Assembly: GCA_944391335.1 (NCBI GenBank)
Contig: CALXTF010000004.1
Location: 16,412 to 80,411 of the forward strand
DNA from: an uncultured Alphaproteobacteria bacterium
GTDB taxonomy: Bacteria; Pseudomonadota; Alphaproteobacteria; RF32; CAG-239
Length of the DNA stretch: 64,000 bases
Direction of reading: 5' to 3'
Shown: positions 21,093 to 32,065 of the stretch, piece by piece
Numbering within the stretch: position 1 is the first letter of the stretch
How the letters are laid out: each line of letters opens with the position of its first letter
Position numbers and translations under genes: made by a program
Notes under the pieces: generated by a model
Databases searched by the model: none
Seen by the model: the letters and a program-made list of their open reading frames with translations, nothing else
Told to the model about the DNA's origin: nothing

Positions 21093-21868
21093 TATTTATG
21101 TACCTCAATTTTAGTAGTGTAAACATTCATTTCTCCGAGAGGAGTATGATTAATTTTAATTTGAGCAATAAAAGGCGCACCGCTATTTTTATCTTTTAAT
21201 ATCCAGAAATAAATTGGTTGGTCAGAAGAAAGCTGCCATAATAAATCATCATCTTTAGCATTGAGTTTATCAATATACATAGAACATTTTACAGCCTTTC
21301 CCGAATAAGGTAAATATTTATTGGCATTAATTTGTTCAGTACCTTCGTCACGAAAGATAACATCAAAGCGTTTTTTCCCGTCAAAAATAGGAATTCTTGA
21401 ATCACAAAAACCAAGATTTTGATATTGATAAGCAATAAAAGCTAAAACAGTTTGCAAATTAGTTGTATCTTCAATATTAGCAGGCAGTTGGATTATTTTT
21501 TTCTTTTGTTGATTGTTTTTTGTTGAAAGAGCGTAAATAGGTACGCCGTCATTATAAATCATTTCTTTTCGTCTTTGATTAAAGCGGGAACGAGATGAAT
21601 AATGATAATTTTGTGTAATCATTTTATCGTTACGGATGTATCCGCTTGTAAAATAATCTGCTTCGAAAGGATACAAAAAACCGAAAGTCCCAAAAGTTCT
21701 TACAGTTGAACGAACAGAATACTCATTAGGTTTTAAGGAATATTCAAACTCAGCGGTGCTTGCGTTGAATAAACCGATAAAAGCGGTAAAATAATGTTTA
21801 ACGGTAAGTGCTTCGGCATTTTTGAATAAAGATACCCAAAAAAACAATATTAGAAAAAATTTTATCAA
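21092..21868 (-). CDS. Hypothetical secreted protein (possibly DUF3108-like)
   Basis: N-terminal signal peptide. The stop/start is shared with the downstream U32 gene. The family call is tentative. Confidence 0.4.
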   Translation of the reverse strand: MIKFFLILFFWVSLFKNAEALTVKHYFTAFIGLFNASTAEFEYSLKPNEYSVRSTVRTFGTFGFLYPFEADYFTSGYIRNDKMITQNYHYSSRSRFNQRRKEMIYNDGVPIYALSTKNNQQKKKIIQLPANIEDTTNLQTVLAFIAYQYQNLGFCDSRIPIFDGKKRFDVIFRDEGTEQINANKYLPYSGKAVKCSMYIDKLNAKDDDLLWQLSSDQPIYFWILKDKNSGAPFIAQIKINHTPLGEMNVYTTKIEVHK

Positions 21869-21940
21869 TTTTATGGCTTTCTTAAAATTTATTTGTTATA
21901 TCTAATGAAAGTAATAAATCTTTATAAGGAAATTCAATAA

Positions 21941-22858
21941 ATGTCAAAGAAAGTTTTGATTCTTTCGGGAGGATTTTCTGCAGAAAGAGAAATTAGCCTG
22001 ATTAGCGGTCGTGGAGTAAGTTTAGCTTTACGCCAAAGCGGTTATCAAGTTATAGAATATGATTTAACGGATATTCCATCTTTCATTAAAGAATTAGAAA
22101 AACAAAAACCAGATGTTGTTTTTAACGCATTACATGGTAATTGGGGGGAAGATGGTGAAATACAAGGACTACTTGATCTTTTGCAGATACCCTATACTCA
22201 TTCGGGATTGAAAGCTTCAGCCATAGGCATGGATAAGGAAATAACGAAACTTATTTGTCAGACATCCGGAATAAAAGTTCCCAAAGGAGAAAAACAGACA
22301 TATATTGAGTTTAAAACCCAAGGGACAAAGATAACAATGCCATATGTTATCAAACCGGTAAGCGATGGTTCAAGTGTCGGTGTATATATTATTAAAAGCC
22401 CGTCTGATTTATTAAAAGTTGATTATAAAGATTCTGATCAAGAAATTTTAATAGAGGAATATATAGAAGGAAAAGAATTAACCGTAAGCGTTCTTGATGG
22501 AAAAGCATTAGCTGTTACCGAAATGCGCCCTAAAAAGAATTTTTATGATTATGAAGCTAAATACACGGATAATATGACCGAACATATTCTACCGGCGGAT
22601 ATACCCGTTAAAGCATATAATACAGCTCTTAATTATGCGGAAAAATTGCATAAAATTTTAGGCTGTCATAGCGTTTCACGAACAGATATGCGTTATAACG
22701 AAAAAGATGGTGTTGTTGTCTTGGAAATAAATACCAATCCAGGGATGACGCCCCTTTCTCTAGTACCGGAACAATTTAAGTATATTGGCGGCAGTTATGA
22801 AGAATTATGTCGAATTTTAGTGGAGAAGGCCCATTGTCGGAAAATGTCCCAATTATAA
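21941..22858 (+). CDS. ddl: D-alanine--D-alanine ligase
   Basis: 305 aa with ATP-grasp layout. ALHG..GEDG.IQGLL and EINTNPGMT motifs. Confidence 0.9.
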   Translation: MSKKVLILSGGFSAEREISLISGRGVSLALRQSGYQVIEYDLTDIPSFIKELEKQKPDVVFNALHGNWGEDGEIQGLLDLLQIPYTHSGLKASAIGMDKEITKLICQTSGIKVPKGEKQTYIEFKTQGTKITMPYVIKPVSDGSSVGVYIIKSPSDLLKVDYKDSDQEILIEEYIEGKELTVSVLDGKALAVTEMRPKKNFYDYEAKYTDNMTEHILPADIPVKAYNTALNYAEKLHKILGCHSVSRTDMRYNEKDGVVVLEINTNPGMTPLSLVPEQFKYIGGSYEELCRILVEKAHCRKMSQL

Positions 22859-23784
22859 TAGGCGGTCCAACAGCTTCAGGAAAATCGCAATTAGCCATAG
22901 ATTTAGCAACAGCCTTAAATGGTGTTGTTATTAATGCGGATGCCAGTCAGGTTTATAAATCAATACCGATAATTTCAGCTGCACCATCATTAGAAGATAA
23001 AGAAAAAGTAGTTCATCGTCTTTATGAGTATTTAGATGATGAAGATACTAACAATGTTGTTTCATGGCTTTCGTCGGTTGAAGTAGAGATTCGCAGAGCA
23101 TGGTTATTAGGGAAAACCCCGATTATTGTCGGCGGAAGCGGATTATATATTGATAATTTAATTAATGGGACAACACCTATACCGGAAGTTAATCCGGAGA
23201 TTCGTGAAGAAGCATTTGAAATTTTAGCAAAAGAAAATGTAGATGGCTTGTATAAAAGATTATTATCAATTGATCCGGCAGGTTCTTTATTAGTCAATTC
23301 ATCAGACAGTACAAGAGTTCGCAGAGCATATGAAATTTTTAAGACCACAGGCGTATCCATAGCGCAATGGTTTAATGAACCACTTGTTAAGAAAATACCG
23401 GAAACAGATTTTTTTGTAATAAAACTATTGCCGGATAAGACGATTTTAGACAATCGCTGTGATTTGCGTTTTGATATTATGATATCCCATGGAGCAATAC
23501 AAGAGGTTAAGAATTTATTATTACATAAAGTTTCACCGATGCTTCCGGTAATGAAAGCCAAAGGCATACCGGAGCTTTGCGCATATTTAACCCATACGAT
23601 AAGCCTTGAAGAAGCAATTCAAACAGCAAAAATCCACACTCATCAATATGCAAAAAGACAATTGACATGGTTTCGTCATAAACTTAAAGCCAATATTGTT
23701 TTGCCAAAATGTTATGATGGAAATAATGAAATATTAAATGATGTGAAAAAACAATATAAAATGTTGCAGAATTTAAACAAATGA
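22807..23784 (+). CDS. miaA: tRNA dimethylallyltransferase
   Basis: GGPTASGKSQLAIDLA P-loop, plus the GGSGLY and R..T.QYAKRQ.TWF motifs. The track ATG overlaps ddl by 52 nt. TTG at 22834 behind GGAGA is an alternative start. Confidence 0.9.
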   Translation: MSNFSGEGPLSENVPIIIGGPTASGKSQLAIDLATALNGVVINADASQVYKSIPIISAAPSLEDKEKVVHRLYEYLDDEDTNNVVSWLSSVEVEIRRAWLLGKTPIIVGGSGLYIDNLINGTTPIPEVNPEIREEAFEILAKENVDGLYKRLLSIDPAGSLLVNSSDSTRVRRAYEIFKTTGVSIAQWFNEPLVKKIPETDFFVIKLLPDKTILDNRCDLRFDIMISHGAIQEVKNLLLHKVSPMLPVMKAKGIPELCAYLTHTISLEEAIQTAKIHTHQYAKRQLTWFRHKLKANIVLPKCYDGNNEILNDVKKQYKMLQNLNK

Positions 23785-23805
23785 TATAAAAAAACTAAAT
23801 TATAA

Positions 23806-24870
<1,065 letters not shown>

Positions 24871-24927
24871 TTCATATTAAGCCTTTGGGGGCTGTATTTT
24901 AAAGATTAAAGTAAAGCCCTCAAAAAG

Positions 24928-25461
24928 TTAATTTAGATTAAGAGGTTTTTTGTTTCCAAAAGAATCATCAACCCATAATATTTTACCATCTTTCATTTTT
25001 TCTAATGTTGTATTAACATTAGAATTTTCGGGAGCTTTACCGGTTTTAGCAATAACTTTTAAATCATGGGCATAGCTTTTGCGTATTTCTTGATAGTTTT
25101 GTGTTTTTTCAAAATTTTCATCAATAGGGGTATCGTTTTGCGTTGGAAAAAGATGATTGATTTCATTTGTTTCTAATAAATTATCCGTTAGAGCCTCATC
25201 AGAATTTTGTTCTGTATTTTCTTCCGTTAATAATTCATCTTGATTATTTTGTGCGTCCAGAGCAGCTTGAGCTGCGGCTTTTTGCCGCAGATAATCGGCT
25301 TTTACTTTTTCCCAACCGGGAAACGGAGGAAGTTTTTCCGTACGTTTAATAGCACCGACCGGCATAAAAAAAGCAGGATTAATTGTTTTGCGTATATATT
25401 CGGCATAAACATTATTAATTTCAAATATTGCTATACATAAACAGAATATAAATTTTTTCAT
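24928..25461 (-). CDS. Hypothetical secreted protein
   Basis: 177 aa with a signal peptide and an acidic, Q/E-rich middle. Confidence 0.45.
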   Translation of the reverse strand: MKKFIFCLCIAIFEINNVYAEYIRKTINPAFFMPVGAIKRTEKLPPFPGWEKVKADYLRQKAAAQAALDAQNNQDELLTEENTEQNSDEALTDNLLETNEINHLFPTQNDTPIDENFEKTQNYQEIRKSYAHDLKVIAKTGKAPENSNVNTTLEKMKDGKILWVDDSFGNKKPLNLN

Positions 25462-25504
25462 ATTTATAACCTAATCTTAACTAATCCGATATAAAATAAT
25501 ATAC

Positions 25505-26191
25505 ATGAAAAAATTATATTTAACATTAATATTTTGCATTTGTGCAGGATTAAATACAGCAGCAGCTATAGAAAAATCTGTAGCAGAAAATCCATGCAAG
25601 CAAATGAGGTATTCAACTCGGTTGAATCTGACGACCTCTTATGGTCAACTTAAATACAATCAGAATTACAATAATATAGAATTAACAAAATTAGGATATC
25701 GTTATGGTTTAGTTCAATCGGGTATGTATATATCCGGTTTATCTCTTATAGGCGTTGATTGGTCTGTATCGCTTAATACAGTAGCCCGTGGGGCTAAAGA
25801 TAATAGTGTTTGTGTTTTACCAACCAGTATAGATGTCTTTATAGGTTATCGAGAACCGACAGTTTATTTGGATAAAAATCTTTTGCCGCAAAGTTGTCGA
25901 TATCAACAAGTTTTGCGTCATGAACATCAACATCTTCAAGTTAGTGTGGCAGCACTTGAATATTTTTTACCGCAAATACGTCGACAAATATATGAGCAAA
26001 TAGCCTTAGTTGAGCCACGCCATATAGATAGTCTTTCCGAAATAGATGCCGCAACCGCGGAGATGAATGAAGAATATGTTATATTGATTCGTCCGATGGT
26101 TGATAGTTTTAAAGCTACTTTATTACATGAACAAAAGAAATTAGATAATAAAGAAAACTATCAATACGAAAGTAAGATTTGTCCTAAATAA
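25505..26191 (+). CDS. Hypothetical secreted protein with an HExxH motif (putative Zn-peptidase-like)
   Basis: Signal peptide and LRHEHQHLQV (H-E-x-x-H). Confidence 0.45.
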   Translation: MKKLYLTLIFCICAGLNTAAAIEKSVAENPCKQMRYSTRLNLTTSYGQLKYNQNYNNIELTKLGYRYGLVQSGMYISGLSLIGVDWSVSLNTVARGAKDNSVCVLPTSIDVFIGYREPTVYLDKNLLPQSCRYQQVLRHEHQHLQVSVAALEYFLPQIRRQIYEQIALVEPRHIDSLSEIDAATAEMNEEYVILIRPMVDSFKATLLHEQKKLDNKENYQYESKICPK

Positions 26192-26195
26192 TATT

Positions 26196-27932
26196 TTAGG
26201 GTTGAAAAGCAGCTTCAATTAATTTAGCTTGTCCGTCATCGTTATTATAATTAGCTTTAATATTTAGTTGAGGCGCAATAGCAGCAATAATGTTTCCTGC
26301 AGAAGGAACCACATTCCAACCAGCTGTTACAAAACCAAAAGTTTCTTTAGAAGGTTGAGGTTCATCCATCATAAGGAAAAGAGCATATTTAGGGTTTGAT
26401 TTTGGAAATGCAGCCAAGAAGGTTGTCATAACTTTTTTATTGATGTATTGTCCATTAACCAATTTATTAGCGGTTCCTGTTTTACCAACCACCTCATATC
26501 CTGACACATTAGCTTGCTTAGCAGAACCTTTAGTAACAACAGAACGTAAGAGTTTGCGCATTGTTAAGGATGTTTTTTCGGATAAGACGCGTCGTCCTTT
26601 ATTTTGATGATTTTTAAGTAAAGTAGGATTATGATATATTCCGCCATTGACTACGGCACTAAAAGCGGAAATCAAATGTAAAGGAGTTAAAGATAAACCA
26701 TAGCCGTATGCGACAGTAGCCGTTGTTGCGTCCCCCCATCTTTTAGGAATACTAGGTGTTGCCTTTTCAGTTACTTCAAAAGACGAAATAGGATCAAATA
26801 ATCCCATATTTTTTAAGAATTTTTTTTGATTTTCTTGTCCGACCTTTAAGGCAATTTGAGCAGAACCGATATTTGAAGAATAAATCATAATTTCTTCGAG
26901 ATCAAGCCATCTGTTTTCACCGCGATAGTCCTTGATAATATTATATTTTAGCTTAAGAGGTTTGGTTGCATCGAAACGATCAGAAAGTTTTATTTTTCCA
27001 CTTTCCAAGCCAAGAGCGGCATTAAAAATTTTTAAGACGGATCCCGGTTCATAAAGACCTTTTGTCGCAAAATTAAATTGAGCGCGTTCATTTGGTAAAA
27101 TACCTAAATTAGGATCAAAATCAGGAAGTGACATTATAGAAATAATTTCACCATTTGTGACATTCATTAAGATAGCTGTTCCCCCAAGAGCATGGTATTT
27201 GTCGATAGCTTTTTTAAATTCACGTCGAATAGTGTCTTGGATTCCTAAATCTATGGTCAGTTGCAAAGGAACATCAGAAGAGATTAATCTATCATCTAAT
27301 TGTTTTTCCAAACCGGAAATACCAATGTTATCAATATTTGTTTTACCAATAATATGTGCGAATAAATTTTTTTGCGGGTAGATTCTTTTTTCGACATTTT
27401 CAAAACCCAGTCCTTGAATTCCAAGAGCGTATATCTGGTAGCGTTGAGCTAAAGAAAGATTGCGTTTAATATAAACGAAATTAGATTTTTTATTAAGTAA
27501 GGCTAAAATATCTTCGTATAGCATATCGGGGATATATTCGCAAAGTTTAGCGGCAGTTTTTTCTTTATCTTTAACTTTTTTGGGATGTGCATATAAATTA
27601 GCGGTCGGTAGAGAAGTTGCAATTATAGCTCCATTTCTGTCAACAATATCGGCGCGTAAAATCGGGTTTTCGATTTTTAATTGAGGCAGTTCATTTTCAT
27701 TTTGTTTATTTTTCGGATTAAAGCCGCTGATACAAATTGTCAAGGTTCGAATTGCAATGATTAAATATACTAGAATAAAAGCGCAGACAACAAGGAGTAA
27801 GCGATTTTTGCATTCCTGTAAAGGATCTTTTTCCATATCATAACCGGCAAAAGAATAATGACGATTGATTTTGATCTCTTCGCCCGGATGGTAAAATTTT
27901 CCGGTTTTTTTAGTATTCCAAAGTCCAACCAT
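26196..27932 (-). CDS. ftsI: Peptidoglycan D,D-transpeptidase FtsI (PBP3)
   Basis: N-terminal TM helix, SxxK (GSVLK), SSN (YSSNIG) and KTGT (GKTGTA). The gene sits in dcw context. Confidence 0.9.
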   Translation of the reverse strand: MVGLWNTKKTGKFYHPGEEIKINRHYSFAGYDMEKDPLQECKNRLLLVVCAFILVYLIIAIRTLTICISGFNPKNKQNENELPQLKIENPILRADIVDRNGAIIATSLPTANLYAHPKKVKDKEKTAAKLCEYIPDMLYEDILALLNKKSNFVYIKRNLSLAQRYQIYALGIQGLGFENVEKRIYPQKNLFAHIIGKTNIDNIGISGLEKQLDDRLISSDVPLQLTIDLGIQDTIRREFKKAIDKYHALGGTAILMNVTNGEIISIMSLPDFDPNLGILPNERAQFNFATKGLYEPGSVLKIFNAALGLESGKIKLSDRFDATKPLKLKYNIIKDYRGENRWLDLEEIMIYSSNIGSAQIALKVGQENQKKFLKNMGLFDPISSFEVTEKATPSIPKRWGDATTATVAYGYGLSLTPLHLISAFSAVVNGGIYHNPTLLKNHQNKGRRVLSEKTSLTMRKLLRSVVTKGSAKQANVSGYEVVGKTGTANKLVNGQYINKKVMTTFLAAFPKSNPKYALFLMMDEPQPSKETFGFVTAGWNVVPSAGNIIAAIAPQLNIKANYNNDDGQAKLIEAAFQP

Positions 27933-27945
27933 AAATAATCTCCAA

Positions 27946-28329
27946 TTAATGTTGAGCTTTGGCGAGATGTTTCATTTCTTTATTACGGGAAGCTAGAGTA
28001 TTTAAATTATGTCGAGCGATCATTTTGCGATTATTTTCATAATTAAAAGGAATAGAGGCATAATTAATGATTTGTTGCGCTTTAAGAGGTTTAAGATTAC
28101 TATGTTCCGCTGCTAATTTACGCAGGCGATCCGGATTATTTAAGTGGCTCCATTCGGCGTTAAGAATGTGTATTGTCTGTATATCTTCATTAATTTGAGA
28201 ATTGATAAAAGCTAATTCTTTTTCGAGATTTTGAACTCTGTTTTTCATGATAAAAGTTGCAAAAATAACAGCGGTTAAAACAATTAAAGCAGACCATAAA
28301 CAGATAGCGGCATATCTTGTTGTATACAT
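27946..28329 (-). CDS. ftsL: Cell division protein FtsL-like
   Basis: 127 aa with a single TM helix then a coiled coil, positioned between rsmH and ftsI. Confidence 0.55.
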   Translation of the reverse strand: MYTTRYAAICLWSALIVLTAVIFATFIMKNRVQNLEKELAFINSQINEDIQTIHILNAEWSHLNNPDRLRKLAAEHSNLKPLKAQQIINYASIPFNYENNRKMIARHNLNTLASRNKEMKHLAKAQH

Positions 28330-29258
28330 TATTTTGTCTCCTTATCATTTTTAATGGCATATCTCAATTTAGCCGAATGAGCGCGAGGATTAGCTTCAAT
28401 TTCAGCCAAAGATGGGCGTATAGCTTTGGAACAAAAACTAAAAACATTTGGTTTATTATCGTTAATATCAGGTAAATAACGAGAAACATGAGATTTTTTG
28501 CCACTTTTTTGATTAAAAAAGTTTTTTACGATTCGGTCTTCAAGAGAATGAAAAGTAATTACGACCATACGTCCGCCGTAATTAAGGCATGACAGAGCAC
28601 CGTTAAGACCTCGATCTAATTCTCCAAGTTCGTCATTAACGGCAATTCTTATTGCTTGAAAAGTTCGTGCAGCAGGGTCCGGTTGTCCATTTTTTTTAAA
28701 AATCACTTGATAAACAATTTCAGCAAGTTGTTTTGTGGTTTCAATAGGTTTGATTTTTCTTTGTTGAACGATTTTTGCTGCAATTTGTCGAGATTTTTTT
28801 TCTTCACCATATTTATAAATAATATCTGCCAGTTGTTTTTCATTAAGATTATTAATTAAATAAGCAGCCGAAAGACCATTACAAGACATACGCATATCAA
28901 GCGGTGCATCTTTATTATATGAAAATCCTCGTTCTTTTTGATCTACTTGCATAGAAGATACGCCGATGTCAAAAACAACGCCATCAATAGGTTTATCAAT
29001 AAGTTGTTCAATGTTGCCGAAGCACCCGTTAATAAAATTAAAACGGCTTCCGTAAATTTGTTTAAATTCTTCAGCCCGAGATTGAGTATTAGGGTCGCGG
29101 TCAATAGCAATAACTTGACATTTTGCAGCATCAAGCAGAGCTTTGGTGTATCCACCATTACCGAAAGTGGCATCAACGTAGATTTTGTCGTTTTGAGGAG
29201 ATATAGCGGCAAGCATTTCATCGAGCATTACTGGAATATGAGGAGTTTGATTAATCAT
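28329..29258 (-). CDS. rsmH: 16S rRNA (cytosine1402-N4)-methyltransferase
   Basis: HIPVML.E, DATFG.GGY and HSLEDRIVK motifs. Start placed at the ATG preceded by AAGGAG; the track start at 29273 is also possible. Confidence 0.9.
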   Translation of the reverse strand: MINQTPHIPVMLDEMLAAISPQNDKIYVDATFGNGGYTKALLDAAKCQVIAIDRDPNTQSRAEEFKQIYGSRFNFINGCFGNIEQLIDKPIDGVVFDIGVSSMQVDQKERGFSYNKDAPLDMRMSCNGLSAAYLINNLNEKQLADIIYKYGEEKKSRQIAAKIVQQRKIKPIETTKQLAEIVYQVIFKKNGQPDPAARTFQAIRIAVNDELGELDRGLNGALSCLNYGGRMVVITFHSLEDRIVKNFFNQKSGKKSHVSRYLPDINDNKPNVFSFCSKAIRPSLAEIEANPRAHSAKLRYAIKNDKETK

Positions 29259-29721
29259 AGCGTTCTCCTTCATATTTAAGTGATGGACGATTTTTTAAGA
29301 CTTCGTTCCGAAGACGGGCTTCTTCTTTTGCCCAATTTTGAGGATTCCATATTTGAAATTTACGACCTTTGCCAACAAAAACGGCTGTATTTGAAATAGA
29401 TGCGTGTTTAAGTAATTTTTCTGACAGCATAATCCGACCTGTACTGTCAAAAGGAAATCGTTTAGCATCGCCGAAAATAAGATTAGTGAGAGTGTCTTGT
29501 GTTTGAGAGAAAAAATCAAGAGAGTTTTCAATATCATTTGCCAATTTATCAAGCAATTCTTCTGTGCAACCCTCAATACAAGGAGAGAAAAGACTACGAT
29601 AACAGACAATTTCCGTAGATAAATCTTTAACGATTGTGCGATAATCAGACGGCAGGGAAACACGCCCTTTGGTGTCCACCTTGTTGGTTATAGTATCCAT
29701 GAAGAGAAAATTTTTTCTCAT
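29251..29721 (-). CDS. mraZ: Transcriptional regulator MraZ
   Basis: VDTKGRVSLP and a second GRIMLS repeat (duplicated SpoVT/AbrB-like). Start moved to MRKNFLF... behind AAGGA. The track start at 29769 lies inside the TGGGA repeats. Confidence 0.85.
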   Translation of the reverse strand: MRKNFLFMDTITNKVDTKGRVSLPSDYRTIVKDLSTEIVCYRSLFSPCIEGCTEELLDKLANDIENSLDFFSQTQDTLTNLIFGDAKRFPFDSTGRIMLSEKLLKHASISNTAVFVGKGRKFQIWNPQNWAKEEARLRNEVLKNRPSLKYEGERYD

Positions 29722-29768
29722 GCCGTTATCCTTTAAATTATCCATCTCTCTCAATATATGGTATATCA

Positions 29769-29793
29769 TGGGATTTTTTGGGAATCAATGGGA
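29769..29793. promoter_or_regulatory. Candidate MraZ operator: three TGGGA boxes with 10-bp periodicity
   Basis: TGGGA-TTTTT-TGGGA-ATCAA-TGGGA, about 50 bp upstream of the revised mraZ start. Confidence 0.5.
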
Positions 29794-30034
29794 ATTTTTA
29801 AGAAAATACAAAGTGTTCATGGTTTGTTCTTTATTTTTCTAAAAATAATAAACAGCTAAAGCTTTTTCTTCTTTGCTTTTTTATAAAAAATGACGAAAAA
29901 ATTTTTTTTGTTATTTTTTATAAAAAAAATGTGAATAATCCCCTAAATAAATAAACACGAATCTATGGTTAATAAAATATAATGAAAAAATTAAAAATAA
30001 CTTGCTTTTCTGATGGCTTCAGATTAGTTTAAAC

Positions 30035-30437
30035 AAAAGGCAGTTGGATAGCCGCGTCATGGAAGGAAAAATCCACAGATGAGGAAAGTCCGGGCTTCAT
30101 GGAAACAAAACACCGGATAACATCCGGCTGGAGCAATCCAAGGGAAAGTGCCGCAGAAAAATACCGCCGAGTATAATTCGGTAAGGTTGAAAAGGCGAGG
30201 TAAGAGCTCACCGCGAAATCGGCAACGATTTTGGCAAAGGTAAACCCTGTTTGAAGCAAGACCAAGTTAGGAGATCCGGAATAACCGGTTATATAGAGCG
30301 TTTCCACTCTACTCCAGAGGTAGGTCGCATGGAATTATTCGGTAACGAATAATCAAGATGAATGGCTGTCAATTTTAACCTTTACTTTAAACGGTAAAGA
30401 TAGTGAAATACAGAACCCGGCTTATAGACTGCCTTTT
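30035..30437 (+). ncRNA. rnpB: RNase P RNA, bacterial type A
   Basis: GAGGAAAGTCCGGGCT (CR-I) near the 5' end and ACAGAACCCGGCTTA (CR-V) near the 3' end. P1 pairing is AAAAGGCAGT (30035-44) with ACTGCCTTTT (30428-37). Confidence 0.9.
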
Positions 30438-30459
30438 GTTTTATTTGAAATGGGGAAAA

Positions 30460-31314
30460 ATGTTGCAACATACAATTGATCATGAAATTGTCATTGAAGG
30501 AATAGGTCTTCATTCAGGAGTTAATTCAAAATTGACGCTAAAACCACTAGCTGCAAATAAGGGCGTGGTATTTGAACAAAAACAAGGATCAATCACCGAA
30601 GAGATTAAAGCTCAGTGGTCAAATGTCGTTGATACGCGCAATTGTACTTGTATAGGGAAACAAAATGGTGTTAAAATAAGTACAATTGAACACTTAATGG
30701 CCGCCCTTTATATCAGAGGTATTGATAATGTGCTGATACAAACGGATAGTCGGGAATTGCCGATTATGGATGGCAGCGCAGCTTATTTCTATAAAAAGTT
30801 GATATCTGCCGGAATAAAAGAGCAAGAAGAACCCAGACAATATCTCAAAATAAAACGAGACATTTCATTTGAAGATGAAAAAAATAATAAAATTGAGTTG
30901 AAACCTTATGATAAAGGGCTAAAAATTCATTTTGAAATAGATTTTCCTTCAAAAATTGTCGGTCATCAAATATTTGATAGCGACATCACAGAAGATGTTT
31001 TTCTTTCAGAAATAGCACCCTGTCGAACCTTTTGTGAAAAATATCAAGTTGATTATTTGCAATCTATTGGACTAATTAAAGGAGGAAGTTTGGAAAATGC
31101 CGTTGTCCTTGACGGAGATAAAGTTCTTAATCCGGAAGGATTGCGTCATCCTCATGAATGTGTTAATCATAAGGTTCTTGATGCCATAGGAGATCTTTAT
31201 ACTTCGGGATATCAAATTATAGGAGAATTAAAAGCATCAAGAACGGGACATTACCATAACAATGAATTATTAAAAATTTTATTTGCGGATCAATCAAATT
31301 ATGAATTGGTGTAA
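30460..31314 (+). CDS. lpxC: UDP-3-O-acyl-N-acetylglucosamine deacetylase
   Basis: GIGLHSG, TIEHLMAAL and HKVLDAIGDL motifs. Start moved to MLQHTI because the track extension overlaps rnpB. Confidence 0.9.
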   Translation: MLQHTIDHEIVIEGIGLHSGVNSKLTLKPLAANKGVVFEQKQGSITEEIKAQWSNVVDTRNCTCIGKQNGVKISTIEHLMAALYIRGIDNVLIQTDSRELPIMDGSAAYFYKKLISAGIKEQEEPRQYLKIKRDISFEDEKNNKIELKPYDKGLKIHFEIDFPSKIVGHQIFDSDITEDVFLSEIAPCRTFCEKYQVDYLQSIGLIKGGSLENAVVLDGDKVLNPEGLRHPHECVNHKVLDAIGDLYTSGYQIIGELKASRTGHYHNNELLKILFADQSNYELV

Positions 31315-31317
31315 AAC

Positions 31318-32061
31318 ATGAAAAAATATAAAATCTTGTCAATACTTATAGCTCCGTTTTTTATATGGAGCTGCGCTTCCGATGAAATCGATTATAACAA
31401 TATGACGGCAGAAGAGCTTTATAATCAAGCACATGATTATTTAAGTGAAACACGCTATAAAAAATCTGCGGAAACTTTTGAAAAAGTAGAACTTGAATAT
31501 CCATATTCACGTTGGGCGACAGATGCAAAAATTATGGCGGCATACGCTTATTATAAAAATGAAAATTATGATGATGCCGTCCTTGCACTTGACCGTTTTA
31601 TTCGTTTTCATCCCGGAAACTCTAATATAGCATACGCCTATTATTTAAAAGCTATGTGCTATTATAACCAAATATCCGATACCAACAGAGAACAAAGTGA
31701 AACACAAAAAGCCTTAGATGCATTCAATCAATTGGTGACACGTTTTCCAAATAGTAAATACGCGGCGGATGCTCGTCAGAAAATGGTTTTGGCACGGGAT
31801 AATCTGGCAGGTAAAGAAATGGAAGTCGGACGTTATTATCTTGAACAAAAAAACTATCTTTCTGCCTTAAATCGGTTTTCTGTGGTGGTAACAGATTATA
31901 GTCAAACCGGCTATATAGAAGAAGCTTTGTATAGACAAGTTGAAATTTATACCATTCTCGGTTTAACAAAAGAGGCGGTTTCAGCATATCATGTCTTATC
32001 ATATAATTATCCTAAGGGGGAATGGACGGCAAAAGCACAAAAATTGATTACAGGTAAATAA
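31318..32061 (+). CDS. bamD: Outer membrane protein assembly factor BamD
   Basis: Lipobox (FIWSCAS) and TPR-like repeats, in the conserved lpxC-bamD-recN position. Confidence 0.8.
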   Translation: MKKYKILSILIAPFFIWSCASDEIDYNNMTAEELYNQAHDYLSETRYKKSAETFEKVELEYPYSRWATDAKIMAAYAYYKNENYDDAVLALDRFIRFHPGNSNIAYAYYLKAMCYYNQISDTNREQSETQKALDAFNQLVTRFPNSKYAADARQKMVLARDNLAGKEMEVGRYYLEQKNYLSALNRFSVVVTDYSQTGYIEEALYRQVEIYTILGLTKEAVSAYHVLSYNYPKGEWTAKAQKLITGK

Positions 32062-32065
32062 TCGA

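Noticed and set aside
23022-23567. 181-aa minus-strand ORF
   Set aside because: It is antisense to the well-supported miaA gene, has no motifs and has low-complexity composition. The same reasoning applies to other antisense or overlapping track ORFs, for example 209..484, 1875..2093, 28938..29279, 29295..29663, 49934..50329, 59780..60196 and 62666..63025.
29877-29927. Two copies of the AT palindrome TTTTTTATAAAAAA upstream of the dcw promoter region
   Set aside because: Pure A/T palindromes are common in this composition. They could be an UP-element or bent DNA, but nothing specific supports a call.
30029-30307. 92-aa minus-strand ORF in the six-frame track
   Set aside because: It lies entirely inside the RNase P RNA gene (plus strand, CR-I and CR-V motifs, P1 pairing), so it is an artefact of a structured GC-richer RNA gene.
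30403-30459. N-terminal 19-codon extension of the lpxC ORF (MKYRTRLIDCLLFYLKWGK)
   Set aside because: It overlaps the 3' end of rnpB. The conserved LpxC N-terminus begins at MLQHTI (30460).
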